From: Mobula hypostoma | Taxonomy: Eukaryota | NCBI RefSeq assembly: GCF_963921235.1 | Contig: NC_086097.1 | Location: 254,140,001 to 254,204,000, forward strand | Length of the DNA stretch: 64,000 nt | Reading direction: 5' to 3' | Shown here: positions 62,701 to 64,000 of the stretch, one piece after another | Position numbering within the stretch: position 1 is the stretch's first letter | Layout of the letters: every line of letters starts with the position of its first letter | Translations under genes and position numbers: made by a program | The notes under the pieces: model-generated | What the model was told of the DNA's origin: nothing | The model's input: the letters and a program-made list of their open reading frames with translations, nothing else | The model's database searches: none

Positions 62701-63349
62701 AGGCATCAGTACCATCACTGAGCCCAAGCGTGTGCTAAGCAATAGCAAAGACACAGACCAAAGTTACCCCAAAAGCTTCACATTTCATCCGACCATCAAC
62801 AAACCAAAGGCTCTCTTTCTCCCCGGCAAGGGAGAAGGAGGTGTCCCCCATTTTCACAGCGAGCAGAGACGTAACAACAACCCACTGGTTTACGATGTTA
62901 AAAGTCCGTTTTGTCGATTTCTTCAATGTTCTCTTTGCTTCCTCAGTGCAGCTAGCAGCCTGACTTTTTGAGAGACAGTGGAGACAGGTTATTGCTTCAA
63001 GACAGCTTTTTTTTTTGCTTGTCATTTTCCAAAAGTAACTGTTATTTGATTCTCCAGTTCCCAATCAAAATTGTATGATAAACAATTCAGCTCACATCGT
63101 GTTCCTAATTTAGTTTATTTATTTTATTTATTTGGCACTACTGAACAATTTACAATAACCAATTAACTTAGTAACCGGTAATTTGTAGGTCATCTTATAT
63201 CAAGCTCACATTATGGGAATGTTTATTATAGCAGAAATACTTGGATTTGTCGTAAGGAATTAATTGATTATATTGGTGTGCTTGTGACCTCCTTTGCTAA
63301 TGGAAATACTAACATAGAAAGCTATTGAAGTTCTGTTTTTCTCTTTCAG

Positions 63350-63385
63350 CGAACTTGAGCAACAGTACCTCAGCTACCTTTACAG
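63350..63385 (+). CDS. TMEM241: TMEM241 exon (36 nt), (S)ELEQQYLSYLY(S/R)
   Basis: ttttctctttcAG acceptor and CAG|GTAAAT donor. Phase 2/2. Matches recalled human DIDQQYLNYIFS. Confidence 0.9.
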
Positions 63386-64000
63386 GTAAATATCATTGAC
63401 TCAACACATTGGCTGAAAAATTTCCTAGCTTGTGTATTGTTTCATAGAACATTACAGTACAGTACAAGCCCTTTGATCACGATATTGTGCCGAACTCTTC
63501 ACCTGCTCCAAGATCAACCTAAACCTTCCCTCCTGCATAACCCTCCGTTTTTCTGTCATCCATGTGGCCATCTGAGAGTCTCTTAAATGGAGCTAATGTA
63601 TCTGCCTCTACCACCACCCATGGCAGGCATTTTTCACACACCCACCACTCTGTGTAAAAAAAAACTACCTCTGACATCCTCGCTATAATTTTCTCCAATC
63701 ACCTTAAAATTCTGCTCCCTCATATTAGCCATTTCCACCCTGGGAAAAAGTCTTTGGCTATCCACTATGCCTTTTTATCATCTACTAAATTTATTATCGA
63801 AGTAGATATTTGCTTGTAAGCTTACTCAATAAATCCAATAACCATAATCGAATCAATGAAAGAGCCCAACAGGGCAGACAACCAGTGTGCAAAAGATGAC
63901 AAACTGTACAAATAAAAAACAGCAGAAGCAACAATAATAAATAAATAAATAAATAAATAAGGAATAAATATTGAGAAAATGAGATAAAGAGTCCTTGAAA

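Overview
Eukaryotic (vertebrate) genomic DNA, most likely from a cartilaginous fish such as a ray. That assignment is inferred from the repeat landscape and is not proven. The window lies inside one + strand host gene, recognised as TMEM241 (SLC35D4, a nucleotide-sugar-transporter-like membrane protein). Six small GT-AG exons (78, 26, 52, 49, 43 and 36 nt; 284 nt in total) splice in frame to PIPIFFMLQNASEVTANLIQKISKKE-KLPCTTTSS-MLVIFTASVILLWNIFK-YESGSFFWAVTHVTCAG-GYKVFQKLKSCALS-ELEQQYLSYLY. The introns (3-28 kb) are mostly nested transposable elements: many CR1 LINEs (one near full-length, one young copy with an uninterrupted 664-codon RT frame), Penelope-like (Neptune-type) GIY-YIG retroelements, a decayed L1, Rex1/Babar-like and Vingi/Ingi-like LINE fragments, tRNA-derived SINEs, RTE-derived short elements, hAT MITEs, a Tc1-like remnant and a 34-bp minisatellite. 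Two structures stand out. First, minimal hammerhead ribozymes sit in the Penelope pseudo-LTRs, including recurrent ~200-bp TSD-flanked fold-back mini-insertions centred on the ribozyme; one is a perfect 94-bp-arm palindrome. Second, two inverted pairs of young retroelements each bracket a single frame-shifting micro-exon of the host gene. TE family names come from recalled motifs rather than database searches, and TE boundaries are approximate unless a TSD is quoted.
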